The notes below the pieces were generated by a model. That model saw nothing but the letters and a program-made list of their open reading frames with translations, made no database searches and was not told where the DNA came from. The position numbers and the translations under genes are program-made. From NCBI GenBank assembly GCA_040901675.1, contig JBBDYJ010000010.1, forward strand, positions 372,072 to 436,071: a stretch of DNA of 64,000 bases, given 5' to 3'. Source of the stretch: Pirellulales bacterium. GTDB lineage: Bacteria; Planctomycetota; Planctomycetia; Pirellulales; JAICIG01. Positions 40,046-50,737 of this stretch are shown piece by piece; positions within the stretch are counted from its first letter, which is position 1; each line of letters opens with the position of its first letter.

Positions 40046-40484
40046 CGTTTCCTTCTTTTGTCTCGCCGCGACGGCCGGAGTCGGAGTGGCCCGGATGGGA
40101 CTTGGCCGCCGCGACATGTGGCACCATCGCTAGCTGGGGCGTTATTGCGCCAGATCCGTGCCTGGCGTTCTCGCGCCGTATTGTCTACCCACGCGCACAG
40201 TTGTCTGGCCGTCGCCAACGCGCCACGTCGGGGTGTGCAAGCGCCGCCCGCTGCCCCTTGGACTTCCCTTGCCCGCTGGACTTCCCTTGGTTGTCGGTGC
40301 ATGCACGTGCAGCGCTCCCGAAATCGGAGATTCCGAGGTGCGGAGAACTCGACGCGGTCGAATGCAAACAGCCCAGATGATCCATGACATGGAACTCGGT
40401 CTCGGCGTTCCCCTTCAAGAACCACAGAACGTGGCTCGGTCGATCCGGAGAAAGGGCCGCCGATGTTTTTCAGAGCATGCCCGC

Positions 40485-40512
40485 ATTGTATCCGGCAGCC
40501 CGATCAGTTCAA
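40485..40512 (-). promoter_or_regulatory. Putative sigma-70 promoter towards the ArsR gene
   Basis: TTGAAC-N16-TACAAT on the minus strand. Confidence 0.45.
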
Positions 40513-40873
40513 AGCATTTACACGCCTTTTTCCCCTGGAATTTTTCTCCATGATTTTGCTGGCGCAGCGGAAGGAGCTGATGCCGCGCCGGCGGCCGGTC
40601 ACGCCGGTCGCTTGCCCATGCTGCAAGCGGGGCGATGGGGACGCCGGAAAAAGGCTCCGTTCGCCCGGGTTCAGCCGTTCGCCCCGGTCTCAAATGACCT
40701 GGAACCCCAAGCGGCCGCGCGGTAGACTCCCGCCCCATTCTTGGCGCTCCCGGTCGTTCGCCGGATCGCTCCCTTTCCCTGAAAAACGAGCCCGAATAAG
40801 CCAGCCCGGCGGCGCGGCCATGGCGGCCGAACGCGTGGACCGTACGTCTGTTGCCCCCATACCGGAGGATTCC

Positions 40874-42025
40874 ATGAAGCGCGACTGCTTGCTGCCGGCC
40901 ATTCTGATCGCTTGTTGCCTGGCCGGCGTCCCGGTTGGAAGCCTGCTGGCAGCCCCCCCATGGCAGAAAGTGGCCCTGTTCAAGCGGTTGGAGGCGGACC
41001 CGGAAAAGACATATCCGCTCACCGACCAGCAGGGGCCTTGGATGATTATGGCCGCCACTTTCTCCGGCGATGAGGCGGAACTGCAGGCGCGCGAGCTGAT
41101 TTACGAGCTCCGCAGCCGCTACAAGCTGGCCGCCTATACCCACCAGGTCGATTTCGACTACGCGGCCGGCACCCAGGGGAGGGGCCTGGACCAGTACGGC
41201 GGTCCCGCCCGGCTGAAATACGCCCGGGGCAACCACCTTCGAGAGATCGGGGTGCTGGTGGGCGACTATCCCTCGGTCGACTCGCCGGAGGCCCAGCGCG
41301 TTTTGGAGAGGCTCAAGTACGCTCAGCCCGACTGCCTGAACCTGGAGAAACGGGCCAAGGCGGGAAAGCGGGAGAACCGGTCGCTGGCGGCCTTGCGGCT
41401 TGCCCAGCAGGTGGTCCAGGAATACGCGGGCAGCAAGAACAAGCTGAAGGGGCCGATGGGCCACGCTTTCATCACCACCAACCCGCTGATGCCCGAGGAG
41501 TATTTCTCGAGCCGCGGTCTGGATAAGCTGGTCCTGGAGATGAACGAGCAGGTCCAATACAGCCTGCTCGACTGCCCGGGCCCGTACACCTGCCGGGTCG
41601 CCACATTTACCGGTAACGCGGTGATCGATCCCAAGCTGGTCGAGGCGGTCGAACGGGGCAAGCAGATGCCGAGCCGGCTCGAGCAAGCGGCCCTCAAAGC
41701 GCACCAGCTCACCGTGGCACTGCGGTCCAAAGGATACGAAGCCTATGAGTTCCACGACCGGTATGCCAGCATCGTGACGGTCGGCAGCTTCGCGTCGCTG
41801 GGCACGCCGCTGGGCAACGGTACAATCAAGACGGATCCGAGGCTGCAAGCGGTCATCGAGACATTCGCGGCGGACGTCCGCGCGGTGCCCGGCGAAGCGG
41901 CCCCCAGGGTCGAGAACATCAAGGACCTGGCCCACATTCCGTTCGACATACAGCCCATGCCGATCGAAGTCCCCCGCCGGCCGATCGGCGCCGATTACGA
42001 CGTGCCGATCTTCAGCATGCGTTGA
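40874..42025 (+). CDS. Exported hypothetical protein
   Basis: GGAGG RBS, signal peptide, strong GC3 bias. Confidence 0.8.
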   Translation: MKRDCLLPAILIACCLAGVPVGSLLAAPPWQKVALFKRLEADPEKTYPLTDQQGPWMIMAATFSGDEAELQARELIYELRSRYKLAAYTHQVDFDYAAGTQGRGLDQYGGPARLKYARGNHLREIGVLVGDYPSVDSPEAQRVLERLKYAQPDCLNLEKRAKAGKRENRSLAALRLAQQVVQEYAGSKNKLKGPMGHAFITTNPLMPEEYFSSRGLDKLVLEMNEQVQYSLLDCPGPYTCRVATFTGNAVIDPKLVEAVERGKQMPSRLEQAALKAHQLTVALRSKGYEAYEFHDRYASIVTVGSFASLGTPLGNGTIKTDPRLQAVIETFAADVRAVPGEAAPRVENIKDLAHIPFDIQPMPIEVPRRPIGADYDVPIFSMR

Positions 42026-42070
42026 GAGTCCGGTTAGCGCCAGGTTTTCTGCAAGCGACTGCCCCCTTTG

Positions 42071-42670
42071 ATGCCCACGCTGGTCCTAGGCACGGCCAAC
42101 CGCAAAAAACGCAACGAGCTGACTCGGCTGCTGGCACCGCTGGGGCTGACCATCCGCACGCTGGCCGATTATCCCCATGCGCTGGCGGTCGAGGAGACAG
42201 GCTCGACCTTTGCCGAAAACGCCGTGCTGAAGGCGGCCCAACAGGCGGCCCACCTCGGCCAGTGGGTACTGGCCGAGGACAGCGGGCTGGCCGTTGACGC
42301 CTTGTCGGGCGGGCCCGGCGTGCGCTCAGCGCGCTACTCGGGTGCGGGGGCCACGGACGAGTCGAACAACCGGCGGCTGCTGGACGAACTCTCCGGCGTG
42401 CCGCTGGGGCGGCGGGCCGCCCACTACGTTTGCCACGCAGCGCTGGCCGATCCGCAAGGGGCCGTCCGCGCCGAAGCCGAGGACTACTGCCACGGAAGGA
42501 TCGTGTTCGACGATCGGGGCAGCGGGGGCTTCGGCTACGACCCGCTGTTCGAGATCGTCGAATACAAGCGGACGTTCGGCCAGCTCAGCCCGGAGGTCAA
42601 GGATTGCCTCAGCCACCGCGCCCGCGCCCTGCGCCGCCTGCTGCCCGCAATCGAGCGCGTGCTCCGATGA
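42071..42670 (+). CDS. rdgB: Non-canonical purine NTP pyrophosphatase (RdgB/HAM1)
   Basis: T.N.KK, ETG.TF.ENA..KA, DSGL, PGV.SARY, GFGYDP.F, SHR. Confidence 0.93.
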   Translation: MPTLVLGTANRKKRNELTRLLAPLGLTIRTLADYPHALAVEETGSTFAENAVLKAAQQAAHLGQWVLAEDSGLAVDALSGGPGVRSARYSGAGATDESNNRRLLDELSGVPLGRRAAHYVCHAALADPQGAVRAEAEDYCHGRIVFDDRGSGGFGYDPLFEIVEYKRTFGQLSPEVKDCLSHRARALRRLLPAIERVLR

Positions 42671-42750
42671 GGTGACCTTGGAGAGGCCATTGGCCGGATG
42701 GCCGGGCGCGCGCGGCGGCACCCGTGATCAACCGCCACCCGCCGCGCTCC

Positions 42751-42783
42751 TATTCCTCCCTCCTCCTTCCTCCTTCCTCCTTC
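42751..42783 (+). repeat. Heptamer array (CTCCTTC)n, solo arm
   Basis: TATTCCTCCCTCCTCCTTC..., same layout as 7105-7140; abuts the stop at 42787. Confidence 0.8.
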
Positions 42784-42786
42784 ACA

Positions 42787-43302
42787 TCAGTAGCTGTAGC
42801 CGCGGCCTCGGCTGTTCCAACCCTGATCGAGCAGGCGCCGCTCGCGGCTGGTCTCGAACTGGTGCATCACGATGTGCCGCGGCATGCCCCACTGCAGTTG
42901 CCGCAGCCAATGGTCGACGCCGATGTCGTCGGGCTCCCGCTCCAGGATTTCACGGTACAGGTGCTCGACAAACTGCACGTCGTCCATGTAGCTCAGATCG
43001 CCGTATCGCGATTCGTAGTGACGCCTCAGTTCGAAGTCGTCGTCGTAGTTGGAGCCGTAGTAGGCGCCCGGCTGGCGATACGTCTGGTAGCTGCGCGAAG
43101 GCTGCGAATAATAGGAGCCGTCGCCGTAGTCGTACCCGCGATAGGAGCGGGTGGTTCGGCCACGGCCATAGTCGTCGCGGTCCAGGAACCGCTGGCCAAA
43201 GTACCGAACGAGGCTGCGTCCGCTTTGGGCCTCGGCTGCCGGGCTCATTCCGCCAAACACCAAAGCCGCGGCCGCACAGAGTTGCAGTGCATGCTTGTAC
43301 AT
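42787..43302 (-). CDS. Exported Tyr/Arg-rich protein with DUF4214-like C-terminal domain
   Basis: GAGGAG RBS, signal peptide, FV..LY..IL.REPD..G..HW motif. Confidence 0.75.
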   Translation of the reverse strand: MYKHALQLCAAAALVFGGMSPAAEAQSGRSLVRYFGQRFLDRDDYGRGRTTRSYRGYDYGDGSYYSQPSRSYQTYRQPGAYYGSNYDDDFELRRHYESRYGDLSYMDDVQFVEHLYREILEREPDDIGVDHWLRQLQWGMPRHIVMHQFETSRERRLLDQGWNSRGRGYSY

Positions 43303-43684
43303 CTTTGTTCTCCTCTTGTCTGAACGCGGCCGGCCGTCCAAGAAACTGGCGTCCGGCCGCAAGTTGCCCCTCTCGCCAGCCAAACAAGCGTGCTATTCGC
43401 GTGCCACAATACGGCGGTTGGCCGGCGGATTGGCTTAAAGCCTTGGCTGTCAGGCAATTTAGGCAATTTGAGCGGCCGCTGCGAGCCAAGGCAGGTTGAG
43501 AACTGTCATCATTTCGATCTGCGGCCGCGACAGCCAGCCGGCTTACGTGACAGCCACCTCCCTCGGCTCATGGGTACAGCCGCTACAATGCCTGCCAGCG
43601 AAACCGCGGCCGTCACGAACTGCGGCATCGGACGAAACGGCAAAATTCGCCACGCAGGAGAGCACCGCGGGGGCCGAACTCACA

Positions 43685-44602
43685 ATGCCTTTGGAACCCA
43701 CCTTCGACGATCCTTCCTGGCCTCGCCGGCGGCTATGGCGAATCGCGGTGGTTGCAGTGGGGCTGCCGCTCGTCTTGATCGCCGCCTTGTTCTCGGTTCG
43801 TGTAGTTCGAGCCTGGCAGCGCGAGCGGGCGGTGGCCGCAATCGAGCAGTTGGGAGGACGCTTCGAGCAACGATTCGTGCTGGGCGAACCGGTATGGCGC
43901 CGCTCTCCGGGCGCCGACTATTCCGTGAGCGTGGTGCGAGTGTACCTGGTCCGACCCGAGGTGGGCGACGCGGACCTGGTACACCTTGCCAACCTGTCGG
44001 ACCTGGAAACACTGGGGCTCAGCGGCACGAGCGTCGAGGGTCCGGGACTCGCGCACCTGGTCAACCTGGGCCGGCTGAGCTCGCTCGACCTGTACGGCGC
44101 TCCGGTCACCGACGACGGCTTGCGCCACATGGCGTCGTTGACCAGCCTGCGGTCGCTCGATCTGTTCGGCGCCCGGATCAGCGATGCCGGGCTGGTGCAC
44201 TTGCAGGGTTTGACGGGCCTGGAGTCGCTGGTGCTGGGCTCGACCGAAGTGGGCGACGCCGGCCTGGCTTACCTCGGTGGTCTGAGCGACCTGGAAACGC
44301 TCAACCTGGGAGGCACCCGTGTCACCGACCGGGGAGTCATGCACCTGAAGACCTTGAGCCATTTGAAGAACCTGGTGCTCACGGATTTGCCGCTGACCGA
44401 CGCGGGCCTGGCCGCGCTGTCCGGGCTGGGGCGGATCGAGACACTCTTGCTCCGCGGCACGCGCGTGACCGACGGCGGGCTGGTGCACATCACGCGGTTC
44501 AAGGCACTCAAGAGAGTCGACCTCCGCGAGACGGACGCCAGCAGTGCGGGCCTGGAAAGGCTCCAGGGCAGCTTGACCGGCGTCACCTTGGTTGTCGACT
44601 GA
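43685..44602 (+). CDS. Membrane-anchored leucine-rich-repeat protein
   Basis: N-terminal TM helix, AV.AI..LGG, about 8 24-aa repeats L..L.L..T.V.D.GL. Confidence 0.9.
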   Translation: MPLEPTFDDPSWPRRRLWRIAVVAVGLPLVLIAALFSVRVVRAWQRERAVAAIEQLGGRFEQRFVLGEPVWRRSPGADYSVSVVRVYLVRPEVGDADLVHLANLSDLETLGLSGTSVEGPGLAHLVNLGRLSSLDLYGAPVTDDGLRHMASLTSLRSLDLFGARISDAGLVHLQGLTGLESLVLGSTEVGDAGLAYLGGLSDLETLNLGGTRVTDRGVMHLKTLSHLKNLVLTDLPLTDAGLAALSGLGRIETLLLRGTRVTDGGLVHITRFKALKRVDLRETDASSAGLERLQGSLTGVTLVVD

Positions 44603-44624
44603 AGCGGCCCGCGCTTGCGACGGC

Positions 44625-45407
44625 TCAGCGCTCGGCCACCACAGCGCTGAGCGTCACCGGAGGCTTGACCACCCGCAGCACCGTCCAGAAAAACGCCGCT
44701 CCGGCGGCGGTAAAGAACACGTTGAGCGTCATCTGGTAGCCCAGCGTGCTCAACAACAACGCGGTCACTCCTGCCGCGACAACGATCGCGAGCTTGACGA
44801 GGGCGGGGCCCCTCACCAGCTTCGATCTGGGCACCCGCTGGAAGCGAACCTCCTCCGGCGCGTCGTCGCGCGCTTCCGGGACGGTGAACATGCTGGTGGC
44901 CATGTGGTGAAAGCCGCCGGCGGCCATCAGCATGGCCATCATCACGTTGAACGGCAGCATCATGTGGAACAGGCGGTTGGCCCTGCTCTTCTGGATTTGA
45001 GAGCCAGGCATTCGACTGTGCGCCGCGTCCAAAGCCTCGATCTGGGTCTCGCTGTCCGGCAGCGGAAACTTCCGGCTCACGAACTTGCGCGAACCCTTGT
45101 CGTACTCGACGACCAGGTCGCTGCGGTTGAGCGTGGCGCTGACGGACCGGACCGCGCCGAACTGCACATACGTCGCCTTTGGCCCCAGCACGTCGTAGGC
45201 AGGCCGCCCCGACTCCAGCTCCTCGCACGCCGCCGCTAACTGCTTGCCGGGCAGCTTGCCGACTGCGATCTCATCGCGGCTCATCACCACGATGTTGTCG
45301 CCCGACGACCCGGGCCGCGTCCAAATGAGCGGCGGCTCGCTCGTGAACGAGCTTGAATACAAGCTGGCGCTGCTGGTCGAGGAAGCGGACATGCCCGTCC
45401 AGGTCAA
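44625..45407 (-). CDS. Hypothetical membrane protein
   Basis: GC3-biased ORF with three hydrophobic segments; start uncertain. Confidence 0.65.
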   Translation of the reverse strand: MTWTGMSASSTSSASLYSSSFTSEPPLIWTRPGSSGDNIVVMSRDEIAVGKLPGKQLAAACEELESGRPAYDVLGPKATYVQFGAVRSVSATLNRSDLVVEYDKGSRKFVSRKFPLPDSETQIEALDAAHSRMPGSQIQKSRANRLFHMMLPFNVMMAMLMAAGGFHHMATSMFTVPEARDDAPEEVRFQRVPRSKLVRGPALVKLAIVVAAGVTALLLSTLGYQMTLNVFFTAAGAAFFWTVLRVVKPPVTLSAVVAER

Positions 45408-45622
45408 GGGTTGGTCATGGAGAGCAGCCGCCGCACGACGCGGCTGTTTTCAGCCGATTCCAGCCCGATCGCGGCAATCAGGCCGAAGAGCCCGCCGTGC
45501 GCCCAGAATATCCGGCAGCCATCGTCCAGCATCGGGCACCATGCCGCGCCCAGCAGGCAGAGACTCAGCCAGGCGATCAGCCGGATGACCCTCGAGTCGT
45601 CAACTAAAAGTGGATTGCTCAT
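45404..45622 (-). CDS. Small hypothetical membrane protein
   Basis: Two hydrophobic stretches; 4-bp overlap with the downstream ORF. Confidence 0.4.
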   Translation of the reverse strand: MSNPLLVDDSRVIRLIAWLSLCLLGAAWCPMLDDGCRIFWAHGGLFGLIAAIGLESAENSRVVRRLLSMTNP

Positions 45623-45913
45623 TGTCGTCCGCCGTGCGCCTCATGATTGCTTTGGCCGTTCGATGGGCACCCGTTGCATTTCTACGTTACAAATGCGCCA
45701 GGGGCAAATATGCCGTCCCGCCCCATGCGGGCGTTGGGTTCTGCCAGGCTCAGGCCCCGGTTGGGTGGCTGGGGCAAAGCGATAAGCGTGCCCCAGTTGC
45801 GATGAGAGGAAATTGTTTTTCGGCCGCTCCTTCGCCCTCGGTCCGCTGCCTTGCGGACCAGCGCAGCGAGCTTTCTGCACGTGCCGCTACCCTCGGAGCA
45901 ATCCACAAACCCG

Positions 45914-47944
45914 TTAGGGCTCGAACAGCGGCCGCAATCGCTCAGCGGCGGCCTCGAAGCGGGGCAGTTCTTCGGCTAATAGAAAGCGCTCGGCCGCCAG
46001 CCGCTCGGCGGCGGCCATGAATTGCCGGCGGTAATCCTCGAAATCGCGATACCGCTGGGCCAGCGCGGCGCGCGGATCGCCCTGGGCCTGCCGCTCGCCG
46101 GCCGTCCGGGCCAACGGGATGTAGCCCCCCGACAATCCCAGCAACTCCTGCTCGGCGCCGATCGAGCGGTGCCGCAGGTTCCAGCTCGTATACGTTGCGA
46201 CCGGCACGGCGATGCTCGGCAACAGCAGCGTTCCCAGCTCGTTGTTGTCCGCTCCGTAACCGGGCACCTTGACGATGTACTGGCCCCGGTTCAGGGGCGG
46301 CTCAATCGTGGCCCGGCGATACCGCTCGAACTCGGGACCGCGGTCCAGAAACTCCGGCTGCTGGATCACTTCAGGATAGCGCACGGCGGGCAACGCCAGC
46401 CAACCGCTTTGATCCTGCTGCCACGATCGCAGCGTGTCGTCGGACAACCGCGGATAACGGCTGGCGGGCGGCTCGCGGCCATCGCGAACCCAGGCGTCGA
46501 GTGCCAGCAAGAGCGCCCGGATCAGAGGCCGGTAGTCGCTGGGGTTGGCCGGCAGTTGCCCGTTGCCGCGCGGCCCGGCCACGCCGCTGCCAGGCCCGTG
46601 CTGCGTGCCGCCAAACGTGTACACTCGAACTTCGGGTGGCAGCTCGGCATCGTGCTCGCCCAACGGGTCGGTGTGTACCAGCGAGCCGGCGCGGTGCCAA
46701 TACTCCGACGACGATTGAGTGTGCATCACCTTGGGCACCGTGCCGCTGGCCCGCGCCCGCCGCAGAATGCCATCGGTCCGGCCCGTGAACGGGTCGATCT
46801 GGTCGCCATACGCGAAGGGGAACATATCGGCCGGGTAGAGGTGGTTGTCGTGCTGGCCGTTGTGCCGCGTCGGCGAGGCGAAGCGGTGATTGAAGAAGCC
46901 CAGTCCGCCCCCCGCCACGTGCGGCATCACGCCGTCGAAGACCTGCCTGCCCTGCTCGTCGGCATTGAAGCCGTCGTAGAGGAACATCCGCAGGCACCGG
47001 CCGCTCTGCGATGTGCCAAACCCATAGGCATAGCGGATCGCCAGCTTGCCGCCGGCCGTTCGAAGCAGATCGTTTCCCACCTGTTCGTACTTGAGCCAGC
47101 TTACCAGGTCGCGGATGCCGGCCAGGCCGAGTCCCTGGACGATCGGCCCCTCGGCCTCGTACACCAGCTCGTAGATGTAACCCGGCTCGAAGCCGCCCGC
47201 CAGCACCAGGTCGATCCGCGGAAGCTGCGACCGCTGGCCGTCTGCCTCGACCGCCGTCTGGACCAGGTTCCACTGGCCGCGTGGAATCAGCACGCGCGGG
47301 TCTTTCTCGCGCAGCCGCCACGTGAGAGTGGCCATGTCCAGGCCGGCCGGGCTGGGCGGGTAGCTGCCCTGATTGGCCCAGTGCGCGATGTTCAGCCGCT
47401 CGGCCGGCGCATCGGGGGCCATCTCGGCTCGCACCGGGCCGCGTATCGGTTCGTCCGGGCTGCCGGCCACGGGCGCCGACAACCGCAGCCGATTGTCGCC
47501 AGGCAGGACCTCGGCGATCCAGCCGCTCCAGACGATCGTGAAACCCTGCCGCATGAGAAAGTCGTCGGCCCCGCCGTTGAACTGCCCCAGGCAGGTCCGG
47601 TTGCCCCGGTTGTTCACCTCATACAACAGCGCGGCGTTGCTCTTGTCCGCGTCGGCCGGAGCCAGGATTTCGAAGTCCGCCGAGAACTCAACCAGTCCCC
47701 GGGCATTGGTCGGCGCCAGTTCCAGGTCGATCACCTGCCGGTTGGCCTCGTGCCGCGGATCGACGGCGAGCCGCACCGTGCCCCGCAACTGCTCGTACGG
47801 CCCAACGTCGCCGAAGGGCCGGCCGTCGGCATAGGGGGCGCGGCTGGTGATCTCGACGTCAACAACTTCCGCCGCGGCTGGGCGGCCGGCGGCTGCCACG
47901 GCCAGCAACATGGCCGCCAGGGCGATCTTCAGCAGTTGCATCAT
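45914..47944 (-). CDS. Exported alpha/beta-hydrolase-domain protein
   Basis: Signal peptide, FG.VG.YE, YEV.NRG, G.SQSGR, EYW. Confidence 0.85.
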   Translation of the reverse strand: MMQLLKIALAAMLLAVAAAGRPAAAEVVDVEITSRAPYADGRPFGDVGPYEQLRGTVRLAVDPRHEANRQVIDLELAPTNARGLVEFSADFEILAPADADKSNAALLYEVNNRGNRTCLGQFNGGADDFLMRQGFTIVWSGWIAEVLPGDNRLRLSAPVAGSPDEPIRGPVRAEMAPDAPAERLNIAHWANQGSYPPSPAGLDMATLTWRLREKDPRVLIPRGQWNLVQTAVEADGQRSQLPRIDLVLAGGFEPGYIYELVYEAEGPIVQGLGLAGIRDLVSWLKYEQVGNDLLRTAGGKLAIRYAYGFGTSQSGRCLRMFLYDGFNADEQGRQVFDGVMPHVAGGGLGFFNHRFASPTRHNGQHDNHLYPADMFPFAYGDQIDPFTGRTDGILRRARASGTVPKVMHTQSSSEYWHRAGSLVHTDPLGEHDAELPPEVRVYTFGGTQHGPGSGVAGPRGNGQLPANPSDYRPLIRALLLALDAWVRDGREPPASRYPRLSDDTLRSWQQDQSGWLALPAVRYPEVIQQPEFLDRGPEFERYRRATIEPPLNRGQYIVKVPGYGADNNELGTLLLPSIAVPVATYTSWNLRHRSIGAEQELLGLSGGYIPLARTAGERQAQGDPRAALAQRYRDFEDYRRQFMAAAERLAAERFLLAEELPRFEAAAERLRPLFEP

Positions 47945-47959
47945 CGTGAGTCCCCTCGC

Positions 47960-49048
47960 TCAATGTGGCGGATTGGCTGGCTCCGTAGCGCCTGAAAGGT
48001 GCGCTTCGAACCGCTGCTTTTCGTGGGCTTTCGCGTAGGCGTCGGCGCCGTCGATCATCCCCTGCTTGACGAGCGACTCCAAGGCGTCGTCCATCGACTG
48101 CATCCCTTCCCGCTTGCCCGATTGCAGGATCGAGAACAGCTTCTCGATCTTCCCCTCCCGAATGATGCTGGCCACCGCGTGCGTGCAGATCAGCACCTCC
48201 AGAGCGGCCACGCGGCCATGGCTTCCTTTCTTACGCAATAACTGCTGGGCCACGATGGCCCGCAGCGATTCGGCCAGCATCGTGCGGATCTGCGCCTGCT
48301 GGTCGCTGGGAAAAACGTCGATGATCCGGTCCACCGTCTTGGCCGCGCTGTTCGTGTGCAGCGTGCCGAACACCACCGTCCCCATGCTGGCCGCGGTGAT
48401 CGCCAGCCCGATCGTCTCCAAATCCCGCATCTCTCCCACCAGCACCACGTCGGCATCCTGGCGCGGTATCGACCGCAGCGCGGCGGCGAACGACTCCGTG
48501 TGCGTGCCCACCTCTCGGTGCGTGATGATCGATTTGCGGTTCTCGTGCACGAACTCCACCGGATCTTCGATCGTCACGATGTGCTTGCGATAACGCGAGT
48601 TGATGTGGTCCACCATCGCCGCCAGCGTCGTACTCTTGCCGCTGCCCGTGGGGCCGGTGACCAGCACCAGACCGCTGCGCAGCTCGGCCAGCCGGCCCAG
48701 GATCTCCGGCAGCTTTAGATCCTCCAGGGTGAGCACCCGCGTGGGGATCAGCCGGAACACCGCGCCGTAGCCGGTGCGCTGGAAAAAATAGTTGCAGCGG
48801 TAGCGGGCCTCCTGCCCGATGCCGTAGGCGAAGTCGAAATCGTGATGCGTCCGGTAGCGGTCGCGCTGCTCGTGGCTGATGATCTCGAACAGGTACTCGC
48901 CCAGCAAATCCGCGTCCAAGAGCGGGTGGTCGTCGATGACCCGGATGTCGCCATCGACCCGGTATTTGGGCTTCTGGCCGGCGACCATGTGCAGGTCCGA
49001 GGCGTCGGCCTCGCGCATTCCCAACAGCAATCGGTCGATACGGGCCAT
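47960..49048 (-). CDS. pilT: Type IV pilus retraction ATPase PilT-like
   Basis: ASDLH, GPTGSGKSTT, EDPVE, GEMRD, TLHT, AV.SIIRE. Confidence 0.88.
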   Translation of the reverse strand: MARIDRLLLGMREADASDLHMVAGQKPKYRVDGDIRVIDDHPLLDADLLGEYLFEIISHEQRDRYRTHHDFDFAYGIGQEARYRCNYFFQRTGYGAVFRLIPTRVLTLEDLKLPEILGRLAELRSGLVLVTGPTGSGKSTTLAAMVDHINSRYRKHIVTIEDPVEFVHENRKSIITHREVGTHTESFAAALRSIPRQDADVVLVGEMRDLETIGLAITAASMGTVVFGTLHTNSAAKTVDRIIDVFPSDQQAQIRTMLAESLRAIVAQQLLRKKGSHGRVAALEVLICTHAVASIIREGKIEKLFSILQSGKREGMQSMDDALESLVKQGMIDGADAYAKAHEKQRFEAHLSGATEPANPPH

Positions 49049-49051
49049 GCA

Positions 49052-50506
49052 TCACACCCGGATGAGCTCCTTTTCCACCATGACGGCTTCGGCCGCCCGG
49101 GAGATGGCCTCTTCCTTGCTGATCCGCCCTTCCCTGGCCAGCCGGATCAGCGACTCATCCATCAGCGCCATGCCGAGTTTCTTGCCCGTCTGCATCAACC
49201 CCGTGATCTGGAACACCCGCTCCTCGCGGATCAAATGCCCGATCGCCGGCGTGTTGATCAGGATCTCCAGGGCCAGCACCATCGACTTGCCGTCCCTGCT
49301 GGGCAAGAGCAGTTGCGAGACGATCCCTCGCAGCGACTCGGACAGCATCGCCCGGATCTGCCCCTGCTCCCTGGCCGGAAAGATGTCCAGCACCCGGCCG
49401 ATCGTGCGCAGCGCGTCGGGCGTGTGCAGCGTGGCCAGCACCAGGTGGCCCGTCTCGGCGGCCGTGATGGCCAGCGCCGTCGTCTCCAGGTCCCGCAGCT
49501 CGCCGACCATGATCACGTCGGGCGCTTCCCGCAGCGTGGCCCGCAGCGCGTTGCCGAACGACTGCGTGTGCATGCCCACCTGACGCTGGTTCACGTGCCC
49601 CTTCTTGCAAGCATGCACGAACTCGATCGGGTCCTCGATCGTGATGATGTGCGCCGCCCGGCTGGAGTTGATCAGGTCGACCATGGCCGCCAGCGTGGTC
49701 GTCTTGCCGCACCCCTTGGGGCCGGTGACCAGCACGATCCCCACGTGGTGATTGGTCAACCTCTTGACCTGGTCGGGGAGCTTCAACTCCTCGAAGCTCG
49801 GCACTTGGGGCGGAATCAAGCGAAACACGGCGTCCATGCCCCGATGCTGGCGCAGATAGTTGGCGCGGAAGCGGCCCAGCTCCGGGCCGCCATCGAAGCA
49901 GAAATCCAGATCGTTGGCTTCCAGAAATTGCCGCTGGTCGCCATCGGCCAGGATCGCCAGGCACGATTGCTCGCAGACTTCGGCCGAGAGCGGATCCATC
50001 GGCAGGTCGCGCAGGTTGCCGGCCACTCGCACCACCGGCGGCATGCCGGCCTTCAGGTGCAAATCCGAGGCGCCCGCCTGTCGTGCTTCTTTCAGCAGCC
50101 GTTCGATCAGCGCCTTGCCGGCCGGCATGCTTTCGAGCCGCGGCGCCCGCCCGGCGGTCGTCGCCGGCTGCGGCGGCTTGCCCGGCTGGCTGGGGGCTGT
50201 GCGCGGCTCGGCGGCCGCCTGGCGCCGGGTCGGCTGCGCTTCGGCGTCATCCTTGGGCTTTTCGGCATGCACCCCGGATGCGCTGCTCAGGCCCGCCTGT
50301 TCGGCCATGACGGCATCGAGTTGGCGGCGATAGACCGAGAGCACCTGGTTGGCCGTCTTGGCGGCCAGAACCTTGCGATCGACGAGTTGCTTGACCGCCT
50401 GTTCCGGGTTGGGCGTCTCGTTCAACAGTGCTTCGAGGTCGGCCTCGGCTAGCAGCTTGTTGTGAAGGATGACGCGTTTGAAGATCTGCTGGGCGAGGGT
50501 GGACAT
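49052..50506 (-). CDS. pilT: PilT-like ATPase with N-terminal extension
   Basis: ASDLH, GPKGCGKTTT, EDPIE, GELRD, AETGHLV..TLHT, AI.HLIRE. Confidence 0.85.
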   Translation of the reverse strand: MSTLAQQIFKRVILHNKLLAEADLEALLNETPNPEQAVKQLVDRKVLAAKTANQVLSVYRRQLDAVMAEQAGLSSASGVHAEKPKDDAEAQPTRRQAAAEPRTAPSQPGKPPQPATTAGRAPRLESMPAGKALIERLLKEARQAGASDLHLKAGMPPVVRVAGNLRDLPMDPLSAEVCEQSCLAILADGDQRQFLEANDLDFCFDGGPELGRFRANYLRQHRGMDAVFRLIPPQVPSFEELKLPDQVKRLTNHHVGIVLVTGPKGCGKTTTLAAMVDLINSSRAAHIITIEDPIEFVHACKKGHVNQRQVGMHTQSFGNALRATLREAPDVIMVGELRDLETTALAITAAETGHLVLATLHTPDALRTIGRVLDIFPAREQGQIRAMLSESLRGIVSQLLLPSRDGKSMVLALEILINTPAIGHLIREERVFQITGLMQTGKKLGMALMDESLIRLAREGRISKEEAISRAAEAVMVEKELIRV

Positions 50507-50737
50507 CCGCACGTCCCGAGGGGACCCGGCCTGGGCGCGGAAGTAAGCCAAACGCTGGCCCCAGCCGACCATCCCCGCCAGCGAGCGTAGCCAGACAGCA
50601 GCGCCGGTGCAACGTTTTTCACTCCCACATCATCCACCCCCGGAATGGGCATTCTCGCCGTTCCGCAGAACGGAATTTCAGTCCGTTTGGCTCCGCATGC
50701 ATGCGGATCAGTACGAAGCAACGGAATGAATTCCGTT

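Noticed and set aside
47960..50506. Tandem PilT genes as a novel secretion system
   Set aside because: Multiple PilT paralogues away from pilin genes are common; no other apparatus genes are adjacent.
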